Part shown: positions 18,261-26,888 of the stretch, piece after piece
Numbering within the stretch: the stretch's first letter is position 1
How the letters are laid out: each line of letters starts with the position of its first letter
Virus genome (UHGV): UHGV-0388909
Direction: 5' to 3' (one strand)
Origin: a virus
Length of the DNA: 40,034 nucleotides
Notes under the pieces: model-generated
What the model was told of the DNA's origin: nothing
What the model saw: only the letters and a program-made list of their open reading frames with translations
Database searches by the model: none
Translations under genes and position numbers: made by a program

Positions 18261-18857
18261 ATGATGCCTGCTGAACCTAAAGCCTATAAACGCAAATCAA
18301 CGCAATTTAAGCCACTAACAGCAATGCAGGAGGCTTATTGCCAGTCATACATCAAAACGCCTGAAAACCAGACTCAGGCAGCGATTAACGCAGGATTCTC
18401 CCCAAATACAGCGGCAGTTAAAGCCAGTGTCATGATGCGCGATGAACGCATTCAAAAACGGATTGCCGAGTTGATGGAGGAGCGCAACAAACGAATGCGC
18501 GTCAGTGCTGATTACGTTCTCATGCGCCTGGTGGAGATCGACCAGATGGACGTGATCGACATCCTCAACGACGATGGGAGCCTTAAGCCAATCCGCGAGT
18601 GGCCGAAAATCTGGCGCACTACGCTTAGTGGCTTTGATCTGTCATCGACCATCATGAACATGAACGAGGATTCGATAGAGACAATCCTCAAAAAAATTAA
18701 ATGGCCTGACAAGGTGAAGAACCTCGAACTGATTGGTAAGCACGTCGACGTCAACGCATTCAAAGAACGCCTGGATGTTAATGTGAATGTGACAATTGCT
18801 GATCGCATAGCGGCAGCCAGGAAGAGACTGAAAGAACGTCAGGATGGCAATCAGTGA
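18261..18857 (+). CDS. Terminase small subunit
   Basis: Directly upstream of and coupled to terL; start ATG at 18261 after the terminator. Confidence 0.55.
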   Translation: MMPAEPKAYKRKSTQFKPLTAMQEAYCQSYIKTPENQTQAAINAGFSPNTAAVKASVMMRDERIQKRIAELMEERNKRMRVSADYVLMRLVEIDQMDVIDILNDDGSLKPIREWPKIWRTTLSGFDLSSTIMNMNEDSIETILKKIKWPDKVKNLELIGKHVDVNAFKERLDVNVNVTIADRIAAARKRLKERQDGNQ

Positions 18858-20329
18858 CAGATACAGCGTTATCTCCTGAAGAGCAGTTAATCGAGGATAT
18901 TGCAGGGTTCACTCACGATCCGCTTGGCTATGCCCTCTATGCGTTCCCGTGGGGGGAAGAGGGGACTGAACTGGCACATGCCACCGGCCCACGTCAGTGG
19001 CAGGCTGATGCGTTCCGAGAGATACGTGATCACCTGCAGAATCCAGAGACGCGCTATCAGCCGCTTATGCTGGCACGCGCTTCTGGTCACGGTATTGGTA
19101 AATCCGCATTCATCTCAATGCTGATCAACTGGGGCATGTCCACTTGCGAGGATTGTAAGGTCGTGGTGACCGCCAACACCGACAACCAGCTACGAACGAA
19201 GACCTGGCCGGAAATTATCAAGTGGTCGAACCTTGCTATCACGAAAGACTGGTTTACCTGTACCGCTACCGCGATGTACAGCAATGACCTAGGGCACGAC
19301 AAGCGGTGGCGGGCTGACGCAATACCCTGGTCTGAGCACAACACCGAGGCATTCGCCGGACTACACAACGAGCGCAAACGCATCATCGTGGTATTCGATG
19401 AAGCGTCGAACATTGCGGATCTGGTGTGGGAAGTTGCTGAGGGTGCGCTTACGGACGAAGACACGGAAATTATCTGGGTGGCGTTTGGGAACCCGACGCG
19501 TAACACCGGGCGCTTCCGCGAATGCTTCCGCAAGTACAAGCACCGCTGGAAGTGCGCGCAGATTGACAGCCGCACCGTGGAAGGCACAAACAAGCAGCAG
19601 CTGCAGAAATGGGTTGACGACTACGGCGAAGACAGCGACTTCGTGAAGGTCCGCGTGCGGGGGATCTTCCCTGACGCGTCAGAACTCCAGTTTATCCCAA
19701 CAGGCCTTACAGACGAGGCCATGAAGCGGGTGGTTACCGCTGCGCAGGTTGCACATGCTCCGGTGATAATCGGTGTTGACCCGGCATATTCAGGCGTTGA
19801 TGACGCGGTGATATACCTGCGGCAGGGGCTACACAGTAAGGTGCTGTGGACTGGCAACAAGACTACCGACGATCTGATTATGGCGAAGCGTATCGCTGAC
19901 TTTGAAGACCAGTATCAGGCTGACGCGGTGTTCATCGACTTCGGTTACGGAACCGGTTTGAAGTCAATCGGTGATGGCTGGGGACGTACATGGCAACTTG
20001 TTCCGTTCGGTGGCGCGTCTACTGACCCGCAGATGCTCAACAAGCGTGGGGAGATGTTCAACTCATGCAAGACATGGCTGAGGCTCGGCGGCATGCTGGA
20101 TGACCAGGAAACTGCAGACGACCTGTCGGCGGCAGAGTACAAAGTTCGTGTGGACGGTAAAATCGTTATCGAACCGAAGGAAGATATCAAGGAGCGGCTT
20201 GGGCGTTCGCCGGGTAAAGGCGATGCGCTACTGCTGACGTTTGCGTTCCCTGTGTCTAAGCGTCTGCGAATTCCCGGGCAGCAGAACCAGCAAGGCAAGG
20301 CCATTACAGATTATGATCCCTATGCTTAA
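18854..20329 (+). CDS. Terminase large subunit
   Basis: P-loop-like SGHGIGKS; acidic residues in nuclease half (VIIGVDPAYSGVDDAVI); 491 aa. Confidence 0.8.
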   Translation: MTDTALSPEEQLIEDIAGFTHDPLGYALYAFPWGEEGTELAHATGPRQWQADAFREIRDHLQNPETRYQPLMLARASGHGIGKSAFISMLINWGMSTCEDCKVVVTANTDNQLRTKTWPEIIKWSNLAITKDWFTCTATAMYSNDLGHDKRWRADAIPWSEHNTEAFAGLHNERKRIIVVFDEASNIADLVWEVAEGALTDEDTEIIWVAFGNPTRNTGRFRECFRKYKHRWKCAQIDSRTVEGTNKQQLQKWVDDYGEDSDFVKVRVRGIFPDASELQFIPTGLTDEAMKRVVTAAQVAHAPVIIGVDPAYSGVDDAVIYLRQGLHSKVLWTGNKTTDDLIMAKRIADFEDQYQADAVFIDFGYGTGLKSIGDGWGRTWQLVPFGGASTDPQMLNKRGEMFNSCKTWLRLGGMLDDQETADDLSAAEYKVRVDGKIVIEPKEDIKERLGRSPGKGDALLLTFAFPVSKRLRIPGQQNQQGKAITDYDPYA

Positions 20330-20380
20330 TCCGTTAGCGGGGATAATGACGGAGATATCCTCTGGTGAGGATAAAACAAA

Positions 20381-20398
20381 GCCAGCTCATCGGCTGGC
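20381..20398. terminator. Hairpin between convergent terL and the minus-strand island
   Basis: Stem gccagc/gctggc, loop tcatcg, T-rich on both sides. Confidence 0.45.
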
Positions 20399-20419
20399 TG
20401 TTTGTGACATGTCACGGTG

Positions 20420-20791
20420 TTATTGCTCGCTTAACTTCTGCTTCAGCAAGTAACCTTCAAGCATCCAGATTTTGTTTACAGCATTCTGCCGGGCAATCTT
20501 CCGACCAATTTCCGCATCAAAGTTTTCCGGGCTTGCACAGGCGCTCTCTCCGGTGACGGTGAAGCCGTTGCGCAGCACCAGGACGCAGAACGTCAGCAGA
20601 GAAAGTGATTCGTGCGGCTGGTAGTTTACCTCTCCGCCAGTATGTTTCGCTTTTATGGCTACGCCAAAGGCACCATCTTCTGCTGTGAAATATGCCTCCT
20701 GAGCAATAATGCTCTCGATATGGTCTGGCGTAACGCGCGGCGCGGCTAAACCTTTAGCCTGAATTTCAGATTCAATGTCTTTGTCACTCAT
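20420..20791 (-). CDS. Hypothetical protein in an antisense island within the late region
   Basis: ORF track; same strand as and downstream of the tRNA. Confidence 0.45.
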   Translation of the reverse strand: MSDKDIESEIQAKGLAAPRVTPDHIESIIAQEAYFTAEDGAFGVAIKAKHTGGEVNYQPHESLSLLTFCVLVLRNGFTVTGESACASPENFDAEIGRKIARQNAVNKIWMLEGYLLKQKLSEQ

Positions 20792-20994
20792 AGTCTAATC
20801 TCACCTTAAAAAAATGCCCGGCGAACCGGGCGAACTGGAAGCAATGAGTTATGCCTTCCGTGGCTGTACTGGTTTACAGCATGAAGTCATCGCAATGGCG
20901 TCCTGCTGTAAAAAGGGCGGTGATAGTCCTTCAAGGGAAACCATCACCGCCAAGCACCTGGAACTTCTGGCATCACGGTCCTTAGGCGTGATTC

Positions 20995-21071
20995 TGGCGT
21001 GGCATGCAGGATTCGAACCTGCGACCAACCGCTTAGAAGGCGGTTGCTCTGTCCAACTGAGCTAATGCCAC
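20995..21071 (-). tRNA. tRNA-Arg, anticodon UCU
   Basis: Minus-strand 77 nt GTGGCATTAGCTCAGTTGGACAGAGCAACCGCCTTCTAAGCGGTTGGTCGCAGGTTCGAATCCTGCATGCCACGCCA folds as a cloverleaf with encoded CCA. Confidence 0.85.
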
Positions 21072-21393
21072 AACGCTGAGAGCACTTAGCCTGTTAAGGC
21101 GCCACACTTTGTCGCGGCTCCATAAATGCTCTCATCGTTGTACCCTCGTCTCTTCCGAGGCGTCACACCGAATCGCCGGGATGGTGAATCCCCGTGCGCG
21201 GAATAAAACCGCTCGACTTGCACATTCCGGCTACCTGGTTCGTTTGCCCGAGCAAGGGAGGGTGCCCCTTAAACGTATCCAGACCGCTATCGGCGCATGT
21301 GCCATACGCCGTACTGCTCAAAATAAAAGCTCACTCCACCTGTTCAATTTAACGACAAGCCAGTCAGGTTAGTAACCGGAATGAACTCTTTGG

Positions 21394-21408
21394 TTACCTG
21401 AAAGGTAA
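21394..21408. promoter_or_regulatory. Perfect palindrome TTACCTGAAAGGTAA upstream of the portal transcription unit
   Basis: Same palindrome family. Confidence 0.55.
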
Positions 21409-21498
21409 TAATTTGTGCGTTAAATGTCAACTATCTACGATAAATAAATCATATGTGGTTAAATTGGTAATAATTTAATTGCGTACGGAGTCATTGAT

Positions 21499-21705
21499 AT
21501 GTGCATGGGTAGCTCACCATCAGTGCCTGCAACACCAGAAGTTCAGGCAGCACCACAGGAGCAGGATGCCGCCGTTGTTGATGCCCGCGACGAAGAAACA
21601 CGTCGCCGTCGCGTTGCTGCTGGTCGTAGTTCTACGCTGCTTACCGGTTCTCAGGGCGACACATCAACCGCTAATACCAGCGGTAAAACGCTGCTTGGTC
21701 AGTAA
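21499..21705 (+). CDS. Small Ala/Pro-rich protein upstream of portal
   Basis: RBS context GGAGTCATTGA(T/A)ATG is shared with the portal start. Confidence 0.4.
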   Translation: MCMGSSPSVPATPEVQAAPQEQDAAVVDARDEETRRRRVAAGRSSTLLTGSQGDTSTANTSGKTLLGQ

Positions 21706-21719
21706 CCGGAGTCATTGAA

Positions 21720-23399
21720 ATGGCGGAAACAACTAAAGAGCGATTGAACAAACAGTTCGCACAACTTGAAAGCGAGCGTCAGTCGTTCGAGCCGCACTGG
21801 CGCGAGTTGAGTGATTACATCAACCCGCGTGGTTCCCGCTTTCTGACTTCTGAGGTTAACCGTAACGATCGACGCAATACACGCATTATTGATTCGACCG
21901 GGACTATGGCGGCGCGCACTCTCGCCAGCGGCATGATGTCAGGCATCACAAGCCCCGCGCGTCCGTGGTTTCGCCTGGCTACGCCAGATCCTGAAATGAT
22001 GGATTATGGCCCTGTTAAGTTGTGGCTTGAGGCGGTGCAGAACCGCATGAACGATATGTTCAATAAGTCGAATCTCTATCAGTCGCTGCCGCAGTTATAC
22101 GGAAGCCTCGGCACATACAGCACTGGTGCAATGGCAGTGCTGGAGGATGACGAGGACATCATTCGCACAATGCCATTCCCGATAGGCAGTTACTACCTGG
22201 CTAACTCACCTCGTGGCAGTGTGGACACCTGTTTTCGCAAGTTCTCTATGACTGTTCGTCAGCTTGTTCAGGAGTTCGGGCTAAATAACGTCAGCGAATC
22301 CGTAAAAAGCATGTGGGAAAGCGGAACCTACGAGAAGTGGATTGAAGTGATGCATTCGGTTTACCCGAACATTGACCGCGATACATCGAAGCTGGATAGC
22401 AAGAACAAGCCATTCAAATCGGTTTATTACGAGGTTGGTGGCGATAACGACAAGTTGTTGCGTGAGTCCGGATTCGATGAGTTTCCAATTATGGCCCCGC
22501 GCTGGGAAGTTAACGGCGAAGATGTTTATGGATCATCATGCCCGGGTATGCTGGCGCTTGGACCTGTTAAGGCATTGCAGCTTCTCCAGAAGCGCAAGTC
22601 GCAGTTGATTGATAAAGCCACCAATCCGCCGATGGTTGCTCCGAATTCCCTCAAGAATCAGCGTGCCTCCCTTCTTCCTGGCGACATCACGTATATCGAT
22701 CAGATTACTGGTCAGGATGGTTTCAGGCCTGCTTATCTGGTTAACCCCAGTACAGCAGATTTGGTGGCAGACATTCAGGACACTCGTCAAATCATTAACA
22801 GCGCCTACTTTGTCGATCTGTTCATGATGTTGCAGAACATCAATACCCGCTCGATGCCTGTGGAAGCGGTGATCGAAATGAAAGAAGAAAAACTTCTGAT
22901 GTTGGGGCCGGTTCTGGAGCGCCTGAACGACGAATGTCTTAATCCTCTCATTGATCGCTCTTTCTCGATGATGGTGCGTAAAAACATGCTGCCGCCACCG
23001 CCTGACGCGATGGAAGGCATGCCCCTGAAGGTCGAATACATTTCCGTCATGGCTCAGGCGCAGAAGTCTATCGGCCTGTCCAGTCTGGCGTCCACGGTTA
23101 ACTTCATTGGTCAACTTGCGCAAGCGAAACCAGAAGCTCTCGACAAACTCAACGTTGATCAGGCGATCGATGCATTCGCTGATATGTCCGGAGTGTCTCC
23201 AACCGTCATTGTTCCGCAGGAACAGGTTGAGCAGGCTCGCCAGCAACGGGCACAGCAACAACAGCAGCAACAAATGATGGCGATGGGGATGGCGGCGGCA
23301 CAGGGTGCCAAGACGCTAAGCGAAGCTAAAACTTCGGATCCGAGTGTTTTGTCAGCTATGGCGAATGCAGTTAGTGGTCAGGGTGGGCAATCACAATGA
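21720..23399 (+). CDS. Portal protein
   Basis: 559 aa, first large gene of the head module, Q-rich C-terminus; assigned by position and size. Confidence 0.6.
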   Translation: MAETTKERLNKQFAQLESERQSFEPHWRELSDYINPRGSRFLTSEVNRNDRRNTRIIDSTGTMAARTLASGMMSGITSPARPWFRLATPDPEMMDYGPVKLWLEAVQNRMNDMFNKSNLYQSLPQLYGSLGTYSTGAMAVLEDDEDIIRTMPFPIGSYYLANSPRGSVDTCFRKFSMTVRQLVQEFGLNNVSESVKSMWESGTYEKWIEVMHSVYPNIDRDTSKLDSKNKPFKSVYYEVGGDNDKLLRESGFDEFPIMAPRWEVNGEDVYGSSCPGMLALGPVKALQLLQKRKSQLIDKATNPPMVAPNSLKNQRASLLPGDITYIDQITGQDGFRPAYLVNPSTADLVADIQDTRQIINSAYFVDLFMMLQNINTRSMPVEAVIEMKEEKLLMLGPVLERLNDECLNPLIDRSFSMMVRKNMLPPPPDAMEGMPLKVEYISVMAQAQKSIGLSSLASTVNFIGQLAQAKPEALDKLNVDQAIDAFADMSGVSPTVIVPQEQVEQARQQRAQQQQQQQMMAMGMAAAQGAKTLSEAKTSDPSVLSAMANAVSGQGGQSQ

Positions 23400-23692
23400 C
23401 AGATTACGAAGACGATCAACTGAAAGAAGAAAACGCCCGTAAGCAACGTGACATGGCACAGCGTGAAATTGATGACATTCGCTTTGTCATGAGCAGTGAA
23501 CAGGGGCGTCGCGTTGTCTGGTCGGTGCTGGAGAAAGGCCGTGTGTTTTCCGCTATCTCACCGATGGACGCTATGGCAATGGCATTTAATGAGGGGCAAC
23601 GCAATCTGGCGCTGGAACTGTTTCAGCGCGTTATGGCGCATTGCCCTGAACAGTATTTGAAGATGGCCAAAGAGGCCAGTGAACAGGAGTGA
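23396..23692 (+). CDS. Hypothetical head-module protein
   Basis: ORF track; translationally coupled. Confidence 0.4.
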   Translation: MTDYEDDQLKEENARKQRDMAQREIDDIRFVMSSEQGRRVVWSVLEKGRVFSAISPMDAMAMAFNEGQRNLALELFQRVMAHCPEQYLKMAKEASEQE

Positions 23693-24390
23693 TCATGAAT
23701 TTATTTGAGCGTTTGCTGTATCGCCGTCTTTGCAATGAGCAACCAGTCGATGGTGGAGCAGCTCCTGCTGCGTCAGAACCGTCAGCGCCTGCAGGTGATA
23801 ACCCTGCTCCAGTTGGTGATCAATCACAACAGGAAGGTGATAAGCCACAACCTGTTGCTGATGGCGATAAACCTGCTGATGACAAAAAGCCTGAAAACGA
23901 TAAGCAGGATGAAAAAAAGGGCGGCGATAAACCAGAGGGTGCGCCTGAGAAGTACGAGTTTCAGGCTGCCGAAGGCGTAGAGCTGGATACAGAAGCGTTG
24001 AAGGAATTCGAGCCGGTGGCGCGAGAACTAAACCTGACCAACGAGCAAGCGCAAAAGCTGGTTGATGCTTATCCGAAGATTCTGGCAGGTGTGCAGCAGC
24101 GCCAGGCAGAAGCCTGGCAGAAAACAACCGAGCAGTGGGCTGCTGATGTAAAAGCTGACAAAGAAATCGGTGGCGACAAGTTGATTTCTAACCTTAGCGC
24201 CGCACAGCGTGCGCTTGACCAGTTCGGGACACCTGAACTCAAAGAATATCTGAACACCACCGGGCTGGGTAATCACCCTGATCTGGTCAAAACGTTCGTG
24301 AAAATCGGAAAGGCGATGTCTGAAGATGGCATGGTCACCGGTGGTAATGAAGGCCAGCGTAGTGCGGCCGAAGTGCTCTATGGCAAATAA
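23689..24390 (+). CDS. Scaffolding-like protein (acidic, low complexity)
   Basis: Pro/Ala/Asp/Lys-rich; immediately before the capsid gene. Confidence 0.5.
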   Translation: MIMNLFERLLYRRLCNEQPVDGGAAPAASEPSAPAGDNPAPVGDQSQQEGDKPQPVADGDKPADDKKPENDKQDEKKGGDKPEGAPEKYEFQAAEGVELDTEALKEFEPVARELNLTNEQAQKLVDAYPKILAGVQQRQAEAWQKTTEQWAADVKADKEIGGDKLISNLSAAQRALDQFGTPELKEYLNTTGLGNHPDLVKTFVKIGKAMSEDGMVTGGNEGQRSAAEVLYGK

Positions 24391-24398
24391 GAGAGGAA

Positions 24399-25391
24399 AT
24401 GACAATGGCTGTTAAAGGCTTAACTGCGCTGACGCTGGCTGACTGGGGTAAGCGCGTCGATCCAAACGGGAAAGTCGATAAGATTATCGAGCTTCTCGGT
24501 CAAACTAACCCGATCCTTCAGGATATGCCTTTTGTCGAAGGGAACCTTCCTACCGGACACCGAACCACCATTCGTTCTGGTTTACCTTCAGCTACCTGGC
24601 GTTTGCTGAACTATGGCGTACAGCCAAGCAAATCAACCACAGTGCAGGTAACCGATTCCGTTGGCATGCTGGAAACCTATGCGGAAGTCGATAAGTCACT
24701 GGCTGATCTGAACGGCAATACCGCCGAATTCCGCCTGTCTGAAGACCGCGCATTTATTGAAGCGATGAATCAGCAGATGGCGCAGACGCTGTTTTATGGT
24801 GATTCCAGCGTTAACCCTCAGCAGTTTATGGGACTGTCCTCCCGCTATTCCAGCCTGTCTGCGGGTAATGCTCAGAACATCATTGATGCTGGTGGCACGG
24901 GTACAGATAACACCTCAATCTGGTTAGTGGTGTGGGGCGAAAACACCGTGCATGGCATCTTCCCGAAAGGGCAGAAGGCTGGCATCCAGATGGAAGATAA
25001 AGGCCAGGTGACACTGGAAGATGCTAATGGCGGCAAGTACGAAGGCTATCGCACCCATTACAAATGGGATAACGGACTTGCTCTGCGTGACTGGCGTTAT
25101 GTTGTTCGCATTGCAAACATCGATGTCAGCAATATTTCAGAACCATCCTCTGCCGCAAATATTGCGAAGTTGATGGTTAAAGCACTACATCGCATTCCAA
25201 ACCGTGGCATGGGCCGCCCGGTGTTCTACATGAACCGCACTGTAGGCCAGGCTCTTGATCTGCAGTCTCTGGAGAAAACATCTCTGGCTATCAGCGTAAA
25301 AGAGACAGAAGGCGAGTGGTGGACTTCATTCCGTGGTGTACCAATCCGTGAAACTGATGCGCTTCTGGAAACAGAAGCCCGCGTGGTGTAA
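24399..25391 (+). CDS. Major capsid protein
   Basis: 330 aa after scaffold, followed by a stabilising hairpin; start may be ATG at 24405. Confidence 0.6.
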   Translation: MTMAVKGLTALTLADWGKRVDPNGKVDKIIELLGQTNPILQDMPFVEGNLPTGHRTTIRSGLPSATWRLLNYGVQPSKSTTVQVTDSVGMLETYAEVDKSLADLNGNTAEFRLSEDRAFIEAMNQQMAQTLFYGDSSVNPQQFMGLSSRYSSLSAGNAQNIIDAGGTGTDNTSIWLVVWGENTVHGIFPKGQKAGIQMEDKGQVTLEDANGGKYEGYRTHYKWDNGLALRDWRYVVRIANIDVSNISEPSSAANIAKLMVKALHRIPNRGMGRPVFYMNRTVGQALDLQSLEKTSLAISVKETEGEWWTSFRGVPIRETDALLETEARVV

Positions 25392-25442
25392 CGCCTGTTA
25401 TTAACCTGTGGGTCGTAACAGACCCACCAATGGAGAAAGAAG

Positions 25443-25880
25443 ATGATCACCGACAAACTGTTGATGTTCTCCGAAGCTCAGGCGGTTACGAATACCGCGG
25501 CTTCTACTGACGTAATCGATCTCGGTCCAATTGACGGAAAACGTCGTGATATCGGCGTGGGTTACCCGCTTGAGTTTTGGGCGCTGGTTAACACAGCCGC
25601 CGCGGCAAGCGGTGATGCAACTGTAAACATCCAGTTGCAGACGAGTGAGAATAACAGCTCATGGACCACTATTTATGATAGTGGCGCACTGGCAAAGACC
25701 GCCCTGACAGCAGGTAAACGAGTTGTTTCTGCAAAGGTGCCTGCCGGTGTTCAGCGATATCTGCGTGTTAACTACTCCGTCGCAACTGGCCCACTAACGG
25801 CTGGCAAATTCACTGCGGGTATCAGTCTGGATGTTGATGCCAATACGCCGTACCCGATCCGCTCAAAAGTAACTGGTTAA
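25443..25880 (+). CDS. Capsid accessory/decoration-like protein (hypothetical)
   Basis: Position after the capsid gene; Ala/Thr-rich. Confidence 0.35.
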   Translation: MITDKLLMFSEAQAVTNTAASTDVIDLGPIDGKRRDIGVGYPLEFWALVNTAAAASGDATVNIQLQTSENNSSWTTIYDSGALAKTALTAGKRVVSAKVPAGVQRYLRVNYSVATGPLTAGKFTAGISLDVDANTPYPIRSKVTG

Positions 25881-25881
25881 G

Positions 25882-26226
25882 GTGATATCGATGTCAGGTG
25901 AGAAACCAAGATACCGCGTTCTGCGCCTCTCTCATATCCATAACACTCTGTGGCCGGAGGGGGCAGAAATCGAATACGAAGGTGAGCCTGGTAGCGCACT
26001 GGAACCTGTTAACGATGCAGCCAGACAGGCAAAAGCAAAAGTTGCAGGAAAGGTGTCAATGGCAGCAACCAGCACCAAAATCATCAACGATGTGTCAGAT
26101 GATGGTGAACTGGATAAGCTCCGTGAAGAGTACGAATTGCTCTTTAACGAGAAGCCACACCATAACGCCAAAGCCGAAACGCTACGCGAGAAGATCGCAG
26201 ATAAGCGTAAAGAACTGGGCGTGTAA
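25882..26226 (+). CDS. Hypothetical protein
   Basis: ORF track. Confidence 0.4.
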   Translation: MISMSGEKPRYRVLRLSHIHNTLWPEGAEIEYEGEPGSALEPVNDAARQAKAKVAGKVSMAATSTKIINDVSDDGELDKLREEYELLFNEKPHHNAKAETLREKIADKRKELGV

Positions 26227-26242
26227 GCCTCGCGAATCAGAC

Positions 26243-26265
26243 AAGGGGCTTCGGCCCCTTTATTG
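26243..26265 (+). terminator. Rho-independent terminator with UUCG tetraloop
   Basis: aaggggc-ttcg-gcccctt followed by TATT. Confidence 0.6.
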
Positions 26266-26282
26266 CAGGAGTATAGAAACTT

Positions 26283-26888
26283 ATGGCCTCTGTAGTAGAG
26301 ATCTGCAATCGTGCGCTGTCCAATATTGGCAACAGCCGCAGTATTAACAGCCTGACGGAAGCCAGCAAGGAAGCAGGGGAATGTTCGCTGCACTTTGAGG
26401 CCTGCCGTGATGCTGTGCTTTCTGATTTTGACTGGAACTTTGCTACCAAACGCGTGGCGCTTGCAGATACGAGCAATCCACCGCCTGACTGGGAATATGC
26501 GTACCAGTACCCGTCAGATTGTCTGCGCATTACTGAAATTATGCTTCCTGGTGTACGCAATCCAACAGCAGCAATGCGCGTTCAGTACGAAGTTGGTGCA
26601 GACACCAACGGAACAGGAAAGTTGATCTACACAGACCAGCCTCAGGCATGGCTCAAGTATGTCTCTCGCGTTACAGATGTGAACATGTTTGATGCCATTT
26701 TTATGGAGGCGTTGGCCTGGCGTCTTGCGGCAGCTATTAACATGGCGCTGACTGGGAATGCAGACCTCGGTACGTTTGCCCTCAATATGTACAATCGCGT
26801 GATTCTTAGTGCTGGCTCGCATAGCCAGAATGAATCACAGGAACCACAGCCACCGGTTGACGAGTTTACCATTGCGAGGTTGTCCTGA
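26283..26888 (+). CDS. Tail/adaptor protein (T7 gp11-like position)
   Basis: 201 aa; assigned by gene order and size. Confidence 0.4.
   Translation: MASVVEICNRALSNIGNSRSINSLTEASKEAGECSLHFEACRDAVLSDFDWNFATKRVALADTSNPPPDWEYAYQYPSDCLRITEIMLPGVRNPTAAMRVQYEVGADTNGTGKLIYTDQPQAWLKYVSRVTDVNMFDAIFMEALAWRLAAAINMALTGNADLGTFALNMYNRVILSAGSHSQNESQEPQPPVDEFTIARLS

Noticed and set aside
20814-21065. Plus-strand ORF (83 aa) overlapping the tRNA-Arg locus
   Set aside because: Its 3' half is antisense to a well-formed tRNA; no RBS; treated as a chance ORF.
21109-21372. Plus-strand ORF (87 aa) in the region upstream of the tRNA
   Set aside because: Arg/Lys-rich low-complexity translation of GC-rich DNA, no RBS, opposite to the tRNA transcription unit; likely non-coding.
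22536-23273. Long antisense ORFs inside large genes (e.g. 22536-23273, 26642-27331, 5105-5761, 19087-19593)
   Set aside because: Each is fully contained in a better-supported gene on the opposite strand and lacks a start context; typical shadow ORFs.
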